Positions 7,323 through 16,956 of a DNA stretch of 64,000 nt are shown here, in pieces. The translations under genes and the position numbers were made by a program. The first letter of the stretch is position 1. Each line of letters begins with the position of its first letter. The notes below the pieces were generated by a model, which made no database searches, had not been told where the DNA came from, and saw only the letters and a program-made list of their open reading frames with translations. Source of the DNA: Oscillospiraceae bacterium (GTDB lineage: Bacteria > Bacillota > Clostridia > Oscillospirales > Oscillospiraceae); NCBI GenBank assembly GCA_017516065.1, contig JAFWDQ010000024.1:2968-66967 (forward strand), read 5' to 3'.

Positions 7323-8619
7323 GGGCGTCCCCTCCTTCTCTGTATAGGTCGGGATCTTTGCGTATGGATTCTTTTCGCCGTATGTCCGCCCCCAGGGCGG
7401 CCAGTACGGTTTCTATCTCTTCGTAGCCCCGGTCGATATGTTCCAGCCCGGCGACCTCACTCTCGCCCACAGCTGCCAGGGCCGCCACCACCAGTCCGGC
7501 GCCGCCCCGCAGATCCGTGGCCCGGACCTGCGCGCCGTGGAGATACGGCACGCCATGTACCACCGCCACCCGGCCCTCCGTCCGGATGTCCGCCCCCAGG
7601 CGGCGCAGTTCCCGGACATGCCGGTAGCGGTCGGAAAAGATGTTTTCCACGAACACCGTCTCCCCCAGACTTCCCGCCAGAGCCGCCATCACAGGGGCCT
7701 GGGCGTCCGTGGGGAACCCGGGATACGGCGCCGTGTGGACGGGTCCCACACCGCGCAGGCGGCCCCGGGACCGGAGCCGGACGCTGTCCGGCTCGCTGCA
7801 CACATGGCAGCCCGCCTCGCTGAAGATCCCCGTCACCGTGGAAAGGTGCCGGTAGGATACGCCCCGGACCTCCACGTCGCCGCCGGAGGCCGCCGCCGCC
7901 GCCAGATAGGTGGCCGCCGCGATCCGGTCGCCCAGCACCGCGTGGCAGCAGTCCGTCAGAGGGCGGCTCCCTTCCACCACCACCGTGGCGCTTCCGGCGC
8001 CCTGGACCGACGCACCCATGGCCCGGAGGAAGCCCTGCAGATCCACGATCTCCGGCTCCCGGGCGGCGTTGCGGATCACGGTAGTCCCCTCCGCCCGGCA
8101 CGCGGCCAGCATGAGGTTCTCCGTGGCTCCTACGCTGGGGATCGTCAGCTGTATCTCGCACCCCCGGAGCCCGGCGGTGCGGCAGCGCAGATCGCTGCCC
8201 TCCTGGGCGATCTCCGCCCCCATGGCCCTCAGGCCGGACAGGTGGAGATCAATGGGCCGCGGCCCCAGCTCACAGCCCCCGGGCAGGGACAGGGAGGCGC
8301 AGCCGGTCCGGGCCAGCACGGCCCCCAGAAACAGCACGGAGGAGCGCATCTCCCGCATGAGGTCGTCCGGCACGTCGCACCGGTCCACAGGACCGGAGTC
8401 CACGATCAGGGTGCTCCCCTCCCGCCGGAGCGTGCACCCCAGATGCCGCAGAATGGCTGCGGAGGCCTCCACGTCCCGCAGTGCGGGACAGTTTTCTATC
8501 ACACTGACGGCGCCGCTGACGAGAGAGGCGGCCAGGATGGGCAGTACGCTGTTCTTTGCCCCCTGGACCCTCAGGCTCCCCTCCAGCCGACGGCCGCCGC
8601 GGATTTGCAGAATCTCCAT
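7315..8619 (-). CDS. murA: UDP-N-acetylglucosamine 1-carboxyvinyltransferase
   Basis: MEILQIRGGRRLEGSLRVQGAKNSVLPILAASL... and the active-site region LPGGCELGPRPIDLH. Confidence 0.95.
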   Translation of the reverse strand: MEILQIRGGRRLEGSLRVQGAKNSVLPILAASLVSGAVSVIENCPALRDVEASAAILRHLGCTLRREGSTLIVDSGPVDRCDVPDDLMREMRSSVLFLGAVLARTGCASLSLPGGCELGPRPIDLHLSGLRAMGAEIAQEGSDLRCRTAGLRGCEIQLTIPSVGATENLMLAACRAEGTTVIRNAAREPEIVDLQGFLRAMGASVQGAGSATVVVEGSRPLTDCCHAVLGDRIAAATYLAAAAASGGDVEVRGVSYRHLSTVTGIFSEAGCHVCSEPDSVRLRSRGRLRGVGPVHTAPYPGFPTDAQAPVMAALAGSLGETVFVENIFSDRYRHVRELRRLGADIRTEGRVAVVHGVPYLHGAQVRATDLRGGAGLVVAALAAVGESEVAGLEHIDRGYEEIETVLAALGADIRRKESIRKDPDLYREGGDARG

Positions 8620-8686
8620 GTTCGTTCCCCCAACGGCTGAATTTCATTCAGGCCATTGTATGCCGGGAACGAAAGGGGTGACAGCG

Positions 8687-9808
8687 TCAGCGCAGCAGGG
8701 ACAGACCCGCCTCCACGATGCGCTCCGCCGCGTCCGGGGCGGACAGGCCGCTCTGGGCCTGCTTCATGGCCCGGAGCTTTTCCGGGTCCTCCAGCAGACT
8801 CCGGGCCTTCTCATAGAGCAGCGCGCCGCTGCTTTCGGCCTCGGTGATGACAACAGCGCCGCCCCGGGCCTCCAGAAGCCGGGCGTTGCGCTCCTGATGG
8901 TTGTTGGTCACATGGGGGGACGGCACAAGGATGCAGGGCTTGGCCAGTCCAGTCAACTCCGCCAGGGTGGAGGCCCCGGCCCGGCTGATGACCAGATCCG
9001 CCGCCGCCATGGCGGCGGGCATATCGTAGATGAACTCTACAAGGCGCACGTCGGGATGGGCCGACAGGTCCACCCCCAGCTCCCGGATCCGGTCCGGCAG
9101 CCAGGTGTAGCCCACCTTGCCCGCGGCGTGGAGGTGGCAGAAGGCGTCGTCTGCGCAGACCAGCCGGATGAACTCCTCCATCTGGTGGTTCATGTCCCGG
9201 GCCCCCAGACTGCCCCAGTAGGACAGTACCAGCGGCTTCTCCGGGGGCAGGCCCAGCTTCTCCCGGGCCTCCCTGCGCCCCAAGGAAAAGAACTCGCCCC
9301 GGATGGGCGTGCCCGTCACCAGGACCCGGTCAGGGTGGGGATAGTGCCTGCGGCACTCCTCATAATTCACCAGCACCCGGTCCGCCTTTTTCGCCAGGCG
9401 CTTCGTGGTCAGGCCCGGCACGGCGTTAGACTCGTGGATCATGGTGGGGATGTGCCGGGCCGTCGCCGCCCGCACCAGAGGATAACTGGCGTAGCCGCCG
9501 GTGCCGATGACGAGATCCGGCCGGTATTCGTCCAGGATCGCCGCCGCCTGCCGGTGGGACACCCGGAGCTTGCGCAGCGTTTTCAGATTGAACAGGATGT
9601 GACTTGGCTTCAGCCGCCGGGAAAATCCGGCGATGGTCACCGTGCGGATGGGAAAGCCCTCCCGGGGTACGAGACGGGTCTCCATCTCGCCATCGGCACC
9701 CACAAAGAGGATCTCCGCGTCGGGGAATCGGGCCCGAAACGCCTTCGCCACGGCCACTGCCGGATAGATATGTCCCGCGGTCCCGCCGCAGGTAAAGAGC
9801 AGCTTCAT
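8687..9808 (-). CDS. murG: undecaprenyldiphospho-muramoylpentapeptide beta-N-acetylglucosaminyltransferase
   Basis: MKLLFTCGGTAGHIYPAVAVA..., GTGGYASYP and SRAGASTLAEL motifs. Confidence 0.95.
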   Translation of the reverse strand: MKLLFTCGGTAGHIYPAVAVAKAFRARFPDAEILFVGADGEMETRLVPREGFPIRTVTIAGFSRRLKPSHILFNLKTLRKLRVSHRQAAAILDEYRPDLVIGTGGYASYPLVRAATARHIPTMIHESNAVPGLTTKRLAKKADRVLVNYEECRRHYPHPDRVLVTGTPIRGEFFSLGRREAREKLGLPPEKPLVLSYWGSLGARDMNHQMEEFIRLVCADDAFCHLHAAGKVGYTWLPDRIRELGVDLSAHPDVRLVEFIYDMPAAMAAADLVISRAGASTLAELTGLAKPCILVPSPHVTNNHQERNARLLEARGGAVVITEAESSGALLYEKARSLLEDPEKLRAMKQAQSGLSAPDAAERIVEAGLSLLR

Positions 9809-9835
9809 GCTTGCCTCCCGTCAGGCCCCGCCGGG

Positions 9836-11068
9836 TCAATCCGCCCGCGGAGCCGGGATTTGTCGTGATATGCTCAGTACGATGCCGATCTCCGCCAGCT
9901 GTATGATCAGTGCCGTACCGCCGTAGCTGAAGAAGGGCAGGGAGATGCCGGTGGTGGGCAGCAGATTCGTGACCACGGAGATGTTCAGGAACACCTGGAC
10001 GGCAAACTGAGTGGTGATGCCGATGATCACCAGGGCGCCGAAGCGGTCTCTGGCATGGAGCGCCAGCCAGAAGCCCCGGATGATCAGCAGCGCGAACAGA
10101 ACCAGGATGATGCACGCGCCGATATAGCCCAACTCCTCGCAGGCGATGGAGAAGACAAAATCGTTGTGCTCTTCCGGCAGATACAAAAACTTCTGCCGGC
10201 TCTGGCCGAAGCCCAGACCCAGCAGTCCGCCGGAGCCGATGGCGTACAGGGACTGGATGATCTGGAAGCCCTTGTTCAGAGGATCGCTCCAGGGGTCCCG
10301 CCACAGCTGTACGCGGCTGGACATATAGCTGGTATTGTGAATGACGAAATACAGGCCCGTCACCGCCACCAGCACCGCGCCGATGAACCAGCGCAGGTTC
10401 ATGCCGGCGGCAAACAGGATGGCAGCCGCCACGCAGAGGATCAGGATGGTTGCGGACATGTGGGGCTGCATATACAGCAGGCCCGCCGCCACCACGAGGA
10501 TGAGGATGAAGGGGATCAGATACTTGATCTTTCTGGCCTTCTCCTTCATCTTGGACAGCCGTGCCGCGAAGAACAGGATGATGGCGATTTTCAATATCTC
10601 CGAGGGCTCGAAGGAAAACAGGCCCAGGTTGATCCAGCGCCGGGCGCCGTTGATCTTCATGCCGATGCCCGGCACCAGCACCGCCAGCATCAGCAGGAAG
10701 GCGATGACCAGGATCAGCTTGGAAAGGCCGCGGAAGCTCTGGTAGTTGAGCAGACTCACGCCGAACATGATGATCACGCCGGCAACGGCCATGATGCCCT
10801 GACGGGTGAAGTAGTAGGCCGCGTTGCCGGACTCGTAGTAGGACGACGCGGAGCTGGCGGAGAACATGACGATCAGGCCGATGGCCAGCAGCAGCATGGC
10901 CAGCATCAGGAACGGCAGATCGATGGGGCCGCGGGCCGGCATCTGCTCCGTGATGTCGGGCAGCCTGTTCCCGGTGTCGTAGGACTCGTCGGTCTTCTCT
11001 TTTTTACTGCCGCGGCTGCGGTTCCAAGGCGCTGTCGCCGCGCCGCCGTTTCGGGCTCGTTCACGCAC
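9836..11068 (-). CDS. ftsW: SEDS-family peptidoglycan glycosyltransferase FtsW/SpoVE
   Basis: About 10 TM helices. Motifs QPSEILKIAIILFFA, GSGGLLGLGFGQSRQKFLYLPEEHNDFVFS and LPFFSYGGT. GTG start is preceded by AGGAGG. Confidence 0.9.
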   Translation of the reverse strand: MRERARNGGAATAPWNRSRGSKKEKTDESYDTGNRLPDITEQMPARGPIDLPFLMLAMLLLAIGLIVMFSASSASSYYESGNAAYYFTRQGIMAVAGVIIMFGVSLLNYQSFRGLSKLILVIAFLLMLAVLVPGIGMKINGARRWINLGLFSFEPSEILKIAIILFFAARLSKMKEKARKIKYLIPFILILVVAAGLLYMQPHMSATILILCVAAAILFAAGMNLRWFIGAVLVAVTGLYFVIHNTSYMSSRVQLWRDPWSDPLNKGFQIIQSLYAIGSGGLLGLGFGQSRQKFLYLPEEHNDFVFSIACEELGYIGACIILVLFALLIIRGFWLALHARDRFGALVIIGITTQFAVQVFLNISVVTNLLPTTGISLPFFSYGGTALIIQLAEIGIVLSISRQIPAPRAD

Positions 11069-11122
11069 TGCCGTTCCTCCTTTCTCTTTACGACTGAAAT
11101 CCCTCTCAGGCGGGGTCTGCGC

Positions 11123-12106
11123 TTATCTCATATAGGTCTGGATACCGAACCAGGCCAGGACGCAGAAGACGATGGTGATGCCGGCAAAGACGAAGCAGAT
11201 CTTCTTCTCGCTCCATCCGCCCATCTCCAGATGGTGGTGCAGGGGCGCCATGCGGAAGATCCGCTTGCCGTGGGTCAGCTTGAAATAGCCCACCTGCAGG
11301 ATATCGGAGACGGTCTCCGCGATATAGATGATGCCTACGGGGATAAGGATCAGGGGCATATTGCAGACAAAGGCCAGACCCACCACGGAGCCTCCCAGGA
11401 ACAGGGAGCCGGTGTCGCCCATAAACACCTTGGCCGGGTGGAAGTTGAAGCACAGAAAGCCGATAAGCCCGCCGGCCAGAGCGCCGGCGTAGACTCCCGC
11501 GCCGTGACAGCTCAGCAGGGCCCCTGCCAGGGCGAAGAAGATGGCCACCGGCAGCGTCACGCAGGAGACGAGGCCGTCCACGCCGTCGGTGAGATTCACG
11601 GCGTTGACGCCGCCCACGGAGATAAAGGCCAGCAATATCAGGTAGATGGGCCAGGCCAATACCAGCCGCTTCGTGCAGAAGGGCACGAACAGATTCGGGG
11701 TCAGATAGCCCAGCAGCCGGAGCAGGCAGATGAAGGCGATGGCCACCACCAGCTGCAGAATGAACTTCTGCAGCGCCGTCAGGCCCGCGTTCTGCTTTTT
11801 CCGGATCTTCACCATGTCGTCCACCATGCCCACGAGTCCGTAGAGCAGGGCGAAGATGAAGATCAGAAAACAGCTGCCGTCACCGTTGCGGATGCTCTGC
11901 CAGCCGGCGATGAGCAGGGCGACGACGATGCCGATGATGAACATGCAGCCGCCCATGGTGGGGGTCCCCTGCTTGCTCATATGCCAGACCGGTCCGTCCT
12001 CCTTGATCTGCTGCCCGGCTTTCATTCGCTGCAGCCAGCGGATCACAGGTTTTCCCACTGCCAGCGTCACCGCGAAGGCGACCGCCAGCGCAATTACCGT
12101 GTACAT
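11123..12106 (-). CDS. mraY: phospho-N-acetylmuramoyl-pentapeptide transferase
   Basis: GTPTMGG, NLTDGVDGL, FMGDTGSLFLGG and MAPLHHHLE motifs. Confidence 0.97.
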   Translation of the reverse strand: MYTVIALAVAFAVTLAVGKPVIRWLQRMKAGQQIKEDGPVWHMSKQGTPTMGGCMFIIGIVVALLIAGWQSIRNGDGSCFLIFIFALLYGLVGMVDDMVKIRKKQNAGLTALQKFILQLVVAIAFICLLRLLGYLTPNLFVPFCTKRLVLAWPIYLILLAFISVGGVNAVNLTDGVDGLVSCVTLPVAIFFALAGALLSCHGAGVYAGALAGGLIGFLCFNFHPAKVFMGDTGSLFLGGSVVGLAFVCNMPLILIPVGIIYIAETVSDILQVGYFKLTHGKRIFRMAPLHHHLEMGGWSEKKICFVFAGITIVFCVLAWFGIQTYMR

Positions 12107-12154
12107 ACCTCTCTCACCCTTCGGCCCGACTGCGTCGGTCCGCCCCTCCTTTGT

Positions 12155-13612
12155 CTATCCCGCCGCCGTGCCCCGCTCGCGCAGCGCCGCGGCGACCTCC
12201 TCCCGCTCGTCCAGCCGGAGGAATTTCCCGTTCTGCTCCTGCCAGTGCTCGTGGCCCTTGCCTGCAAGCAGCACCAGGTCGCCGGGACGGGCCATATCCA
12301 GGATCATTCGGATGGCCCGTCGCCGGTCCGGCTCCCGATAGAGGACGGCGTCGCCGTCCGCGCCGGACAGGATCTCCTCGATGATGGTCTCCGGATCCTC
12401 CCCCCTCGGGTTATCCGAGGTCACCACTGCGATATCCGCCAGCTGGGAGGCAATAGCTCCCATGACAGGCCGTTTGCTCCTGTCCCGGTCGCCGCCGCAG
12501 CCGAAGAGCAGCAGCAGCCGTCCCTTTGCCGAGCGCCGGGTGCTGAGAAGCAGATTTTCCAGCGCGTCCGGCGTGTGGGCGTAGTCGATGAGGACGGAAA
12601 AGTCCTCCCCCGTCTCCACCGGCTCCATGCGCCCCGGCACGCTCTCCGCGCCCCGGAGGCTTTGGGCCATCTCCGGCAGCGTCAGACCCAGCTCCAGCCC
12701 CGTGGTCAGCGCCGCCATGGCGTTGTAGATGGTAAAGGAGCCGGGGATCGGCAGTTCCACCCGGGCGATCTGGCCCCGGGTCACCGCCTCAAAGGACACC
12801 CGGTCGGGGAACAGCCGGAGATATTTCCCCGTCAGGGTCGCCTCGTTCTTGTTTTCCGAATAGGTCAGGCAGGGACAGTCCAGCCGGGCCCGGTACCAGA
12901 CCCCGGCGCCGTCGTCCAGATTCAGGATCGCCGCCCGGCTCTGACGGAACAGCCGCTCCTTGGCGGCCCGATAGTGCTCCATGTCCCGGTGAAAATCCAG
13001 ATGCTCCGGGGTCAGATTCGTGAATACGCCGCAGCGGAAGATCAGTCCGTCCGTCCGGTGCAGCAGCAGGGCGTGGGAGGAGACCTCCATCACCACGTGG
13101 GTACAGCCCAGCCGCTTCATCTCCGCCAGCAGGCGGTGGAGTTCCGTGGCTTCCGGTGTAGTGCGGTCCGGGGCCGCCAGAGGCGTATGCCCCACCCAGG
13201 CGCCGGTGGTGCCGATCAGCCCGGTCCTGTGCCCCGCCGCCTCCAAAATCGTCCGCAGCAGATAGGTCACGCTGGTCTTGCCGTTGGTGCCCGTTACGCC
13301 CAGCAGCGTCAGTCCGTCGGCAGGATGTCCGTAGAAATTGGCCGCCAGATACGGCAGCGCCGCCCGGGGGGACGAGAGCATCACCCAGGGCACGCCGCCC
13401 TCCGGTCTGCGGCGGCTCAGGATCACCGCCGCGCCCCGGTCCAGGGCCTCCTGGATATAGTCGCCGCCGTCGGCACGGCAGCCCTTCATGGCCACAAAGG
13501 CCGCCCCTTTTTCTGCTTTTCGGGAGTCTGTTGTCAGCTCCGTTATCTCTAAGTCCGGGTCTCCGCAAATGACCGACATGGGAACGCCGGCCAGCAGGTC
13601 TCCGAGACGCAT
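12155..13612 (-). CDS. murE: UDP-MurNAc-L-Ala-D-Glu:meso-diaminopimelate ligase
   Basis: GVTGTNGKTS P-loop and the TSDNPRGEDP (DNPR) signature. Start chosen at MRLGDLL (ATG 13610-13612), preceded by CAGGAGG. The longer ORF-track version runs into repeat copy B. Confidence 0.9.
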   Translation of the reverse strand: MRLGDLLAGVPMSVICGDPDLEITELTTDSRKAEKGAAFVAMKGCRADGGDYIQEALDRGAAVILSRRRPEGGVPWVMLSSPRAALPYLAANFYGHPADGLTLLGVTGTNGKTSVTYLLRTILEAAGHRTGLIGTTGAWVGHTPLAAPDRTTPEATELHRLLAEMKRLGCTHVVMEVSSHALLLHRTDGLIFRCGVFTNLTPEHLDFHRDMEHYRAAKERLFRQSRAAILNLDDGAGVWYRARLDCPCLTYSENKNEATLTGKYLRLFPDRVSFEAVTRGQIARVELPIPGSFTIYNAMAALTTGLELGLTLPEMAQSLRGAESVPGRMEPVETGEDFSVLIDYAHTPDALENLLLSTRRSAKGRLLLLFGCGGDRDRSKRPVMGAIASQLADIAVVTSDNPRGEDPETIIEEILSGADGDAVLYREPDRRRAIRMILDMARPGDLVLLAGKGHEHWQEQNGKFLRLDEREEVAAALRERGTAAG

Positions 13613-13667
13613 GAGACACCTCCTGCAACATTTAATTGTTCTATCGGAAAAGGACCGCGGGTCCTCT

Positions 13668-13863
13668 GCCTGCCAAAGCCTCGCGGAGTTCGCCGCCGCA
13701 GCGGCGAATACGGTAGGATCGTTTTTTCCGATGACATGCGCATCGGAAAAAACACCTCTCGGCCCGCAAACGTGGGATTTTGCCCGCTTTGCGGGTAAAA
13801 TCATGCGCTGCAGCGGGCCGCAGCCTCCTCAAACCGAAAACCAGCGAAGCGTTTTCGGTTTGA
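13668..13863 (+). repeat. mosaic palindromic intergenic repeat, copy B (inside the dcw cluster)
   Basis: m1 13678-13708; U-hairpin GGATCGTTTTTTCCGATGACATGCGCATCGGAAAAAACAC (13716-13755); m4 13831-13861, which is 30/31 identical to 4058-4088. Confidence 0.85.
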
Positions 13864-13869
13864 ATTTTG

Positions 13870-16215
13870 TTAATCCAGCATGGACGTATCGGCGAACTGG
13901 ACCTGCACCACGGTGCCCCGGGCTACCGGAGTGCCCGCGGCGATGGACTGGTTGATGGCTACCACGGAGGAGTACTCGCTGCCCGTGGTGGCGCCGGTGG
14001 AGATCATATACAGGCCCTGCTCGGCCAGCAGCCGGGTGGCCGCGTCCGGGGACAGGCCCATGACGTTGGAGACCGCCACGGTGTCCGTGGGCTTCGCCGC
14101 GCCCAGATAGATGACCACCTGAGAGCCGCTGGGAATGACCGTGCCGGCGGCCGGGGTCTGGTCGGTGATCATAGTGCCGCCTCCCACAGTGCGGAAGGTG
14201 AGGTTCCGGTGGCCCAGCACGTCGGTGGCGCCGGCGATGGTGCCGCCGATAAGCTGCGGCACCGTGACATTGGCGGTGCTCAGCTCGCCGCTGGTATACT
14301 GCTTCTCCACGCCCAGATAGTCGCAGATCTGCGCGGTGACCTTGCCGGCCATAGGCGCGGCCATATTGCCGCCGCTGATGTAGTAGCCGCCGGCGGTGAC
14401 GTTGGTGCCCCGGGCCACCTGCTTCGGGGAGTCGTAGCACAGCAGCACGATGATCTGAGGATCGTTGGCGGGGGCAAAGGCCATGAAGGAGACGATGTTG
14501 TTGCCGGTGTTCTCGTCTCGTTTCTCGGAGGTGCCTGTCTTGCCGCCGATACGGTAGCCGGCCACATAGGCGTTCTTGCCGCCGCCGTAGGGCGCGGAGA
14601 CGTTGGTTTCCAGAATACTGCGGACGGTGGCGGAGGTCTCCTCGCTGACCACCTGACGGACCACCTCCGTCTCGTGGCGCATAATGGTGTTGCCCTCGCT
14701 GTCCACGATGTGGTCCACGATGTAGGGCTCCACCACATAGCCGCCGTTGATGGCCGCCGCGTAGGCCCGGATCAGGGAGATGGGGGTGAAGCGCATGGTC
14801 TGTCCGAAGGAGGCGACGGCCAGAGAGGTCACGCCGTAGATGCCGGTGAAGTAGTCCCGGCTCCAGATGATGGCCTCGGACTCGCTCTGCATATCGATGC
14901 CGGTGGGGTCCAGCAGGCCAAAGTCCTGCATGTACTGATAGAATTTTTCCGCGCCCACCCGCTGGCCGATGTTCATAAAGGCCGGGTTGCAGGAATTGCA
15001 CACCGCCCGGGTCAGGGTCTGGGTGCCGTGGCCGCGGCGGTTGCTGCAGCTGATCTTCCAGTCGGCCACCTGTACCCAGCCGCCGCAGTAGAAGGTATCG
15101 TTGAGGGTTACCGCGCCCTCCTCCAGGCCCATGGCCAGCACCAGGGTCTTGAAGGTGGAGCCGGGCTCATAGGTGTCCGTGACGGCCCGGTTGCGCCACT
15201 GCTCCAGCTGAGCCTCGCTGTAAGCGGCGGCATAGGCGGCCTTGGCCTCCTCCGAGGCATCCTCCCCGGGGGCTGGCCCCAGACGGGACAGCAGGGAGTA
15301 GTCGATGACCTCGGTAAAGTTGTTCAGATCATAGATGGGGTACTGGGCCATGCCCAGAATGGCGCCGGTTTTGGGGTCCATGGCGATACAGACGCCGCCG
15401 TACTGGGCCTCGTAGCGCCAGATGCCCTCGGCCAGAATGCTCTCGCAGTAGTACTGGATGGTGGAGTCCAGGGTCAGATAGAGGTCGTTGCCCTCCTTGG
15501 AGTCGTAATACTCCTCGTACTTGTACAGCATCTCCGTGCCCATGCCGGTCTTGGCGGTGATGACACGGCCCGCCACACCCTGGAGCTCATCCTCGTAGTA
15601 GGCCTCCGTGCCGTACAGGCCCGTATTCTCGGTACCCACAAAGCCGATGACGTGGCAGCCCATGGTGCCGTAAGGATAGTATCGCTTGCTGGAGGGCTCC
15701 AGATAGATGCCGGTGGCCAGGTCGTTGTCGCTGATGAACGCCCGGACGGCTTCCTCCTCTTCCGCCTCCACCTGCCGCTTGACGACGGAGTACTGCAGGG
15801 AGGTGTTCTCCATCTTCGCCAGGATCGTCTCCCGGTCCACGCCCAGAATGTCTGACAGGCCCGTGGCGATGAGATCCTTATCCATCTCCTTCTCCTCGAT
15901 ATCCTTGGGGGAGAGGATCACGTTCTGCACCGTGGAGCTGATGGCCAGCACCTTGCCCTGGGCATCGTAGATGGTGCCCCGGCTGGCGGGAACGGAGACG
16001 CTGCGGGTCTGCTGGGCCAGGGCTCTGGCCTCCAAGTCGTTGTGCTGGACGATCTGGAGCTCAAAGAGTCTCACCGCCAGAACGGCAAACGCCAGAACCC
16101 CCAGCACCACCATCAGGAACAGAGTTCTGCGCAGGATCACCGTATTGGCCCGTCGGTCCGCCTCGCGGCGCTCCGCCCGGGTCATTTCCCTTGTCTGCTT
16201 CCGTTTTCTGCTCAT
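13870..16215 (-). CDS. class B penicillin-binding protein (FtsI/PBP2B/SpoVD-like) with two C-terminal PASTA domains
   Basis: N-terminal TM helix. Transpeptidase motifs STFK and KTGT. Two PASTA-like repeats at the C-terminus (VTVPQLIGGTIAGATDVL..., VAVSNVMGLSPDAATRLLAEQGL...). Confidence 0.92.
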   Translation of the reverse strand: MSRKRKQTREMTRAERREADRRANTVILRRTLFLMVVLGVLAFAVLAVRLFELQIVQHNDLEARALAQQTRSVSVPASRGTIYDAQGKVLAISSTVQNVILSPKDIEEKEMDKDLIATGLSDILGVDRETILAKMENTSLQYSVVKRQVEAEEEEAVRAFISDNDLATGIYLEPSSKRYYPYGTMGCHVIGFVGTENTGLYGTEAYYEDELQGVAGRVITAKTGMGTEMLYKYEEYYDSKEGNDLYLTLDSTIQYYCESILAEGIWRYEAQYGGVCIAMDPKTGAILGMAQYPIYDLNNFTEVIDYSLLSRLGPAPGEDASEEAKAAYAAAYSEAQLEQWRNRAVTDTYEPGSTFKTLVLAMGLEEGAVTLNDTFYCGGWVQVADWKISCSNRRGHGTQTLTRAVCNSCNPAFMNIGQRVGAEKFYQYMQDFGLLDPTGIDMQSESEAIIWSRDYFTGIYGVTSLAVASFGQTMRFTPISLIRAYAAAINGGYVVEPYIVDHIVDSEGNTIMRHETEVVRQVVSEETSATVRSILETNVSAPYGGGKNAYVAGYRIGGKTGTSEKRDENTGNNIVSFMAFAPANDPQIIVLLCYDSPKQVARGTNVTAGGYYISGGNMAAPMAGKVTAQICDYLGVEKQYTSGELSTANVTVPQLIGGTIAGATDVLGHRNLTFRTVGGGTMITDQTPAAGTVIPSGSQVVIYLGAAKPTDTVAVSNVMGLSPDAATRLLAEQGLYMISTGATTGSEYSSVVAINQSIAAGTPVARGTVVQVQFADTSMLD

Positions 16216-16347
16216 GGATCGCTCCTTACTCTGTCTTACGCGGCCCGGCGGCCCGATCTGCCGGATTCGGCAAAACGTTCAAGGAGGGAGTAAGAATCCG
16301 AATTCTTACTCCCCTCCCGTCAGTTCCCAATTAATTTATAGTACGGC

Positions 16348-16956
16348 TTATCTCAAATATTCCAGCGCACCGGTAAATCCCTCCGCAATGTCGTGGAGGG
16401 GGTCGCTGTCATCGCCGCTGTTGGCGTTGGTGTAAACGACGGCGTTGTCCGGCAGGCCCAGGTCAACGTAGTAGATCTGATCGGTTCGGGGCTGGATCAT
16501 CCGGCCGTTCTGGGTGACGATGTTCTCCACCACAGACATATCGTAGGCGCTCTCATATCGGGCGGTGAGGTTGGCCTCCTCGGCCTCCAGGGCGCTGAGC
16601 TCGTTGCGCAGGGACACCACCTGGTCCGACAGCTCCATAAGCTGGATGTGGCTGAGCAGCACCACCACCAGGCACAGACCCACCAGCAAAAAGCCGATGA
16701 GGGTCACCGGGGCGATCTTCTGCCGGGGCCGGACCTGATAGCGGGTCCTCGTCTGGGGCCTGGGGCGGGGCTGGCGGATCTCAGGGTTGTAGACACGCTC
16801 ATCAGGAACGATGAACTCCGCTTCGTTCTCCCGTATGTAGGACAGGTCATACGCCAGACTGCCCGCTGTGATGTGCGTGATCTTCGGTTCCCTCGTGATT
16901 ACTACAGATGCCATGTTCTCCCTCTCCCGTTTCGATGCCGCAGACGGCTTTCTCAT
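16348..16956 (-). CDS. ftsL: FtsL-like cell division protein (single TM plus coiled coil)
   Basis: Lies between rsmH and the PBP gene. TM helix VTLIGFLLVGLCLVVVLL is followed by a coiled coil, LMELSDQVVSLRNELSALEAEEANL. The ATG at 16956 overlaps the rsmH stop (ATGA). An alternative ATG at 16914 has a GGGAGAGGGAG RBS. Confidence 0.7.
   Translation of the reverse strand: MRKPSAASKRERENMASVVITREPKITHITAGSLAYDLSYIRENEAEFIVPDERVYNPEIRQPRPRPQTRTRYQVRPRQKIAPVTLIGFLLVGLCLVVVLLSHIQLMELSDQVVSLRNELSALEAEEANLTARYESAYDMSVVENIVTQNGRMIQPRTDQIYYVDLGLPDNAVVYTNANSGDDSDPLHDIAEGFTGALEYLR

Noticed and set aside
10055-13552. 1165-aa plus-strand ORF, the largest in the track, spanning ftsW-mraY-murE.
   Set aside because: It is antisense to three unmistakable dcw genes. 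The translation is low-complexity (runs of H, Q, D, G, R, A) with no recognisable domain or RBS. Stop-free antisense frames are expected in GC-rich DNA.
13613-13804. N-terminal extension of murE. Short ORFs share peptides between loci: MFFPMRMSSEKT at 13549-13755 and 33293-33547; GKNDP..FAA at 3543-3989 and 12155-13804.
   Set aside because: The shared peptides are translations of the dispersed DNA repeat modules, in both orientations. They are not paralogous proteins. The true murE start at 13612 has a strong RBS.
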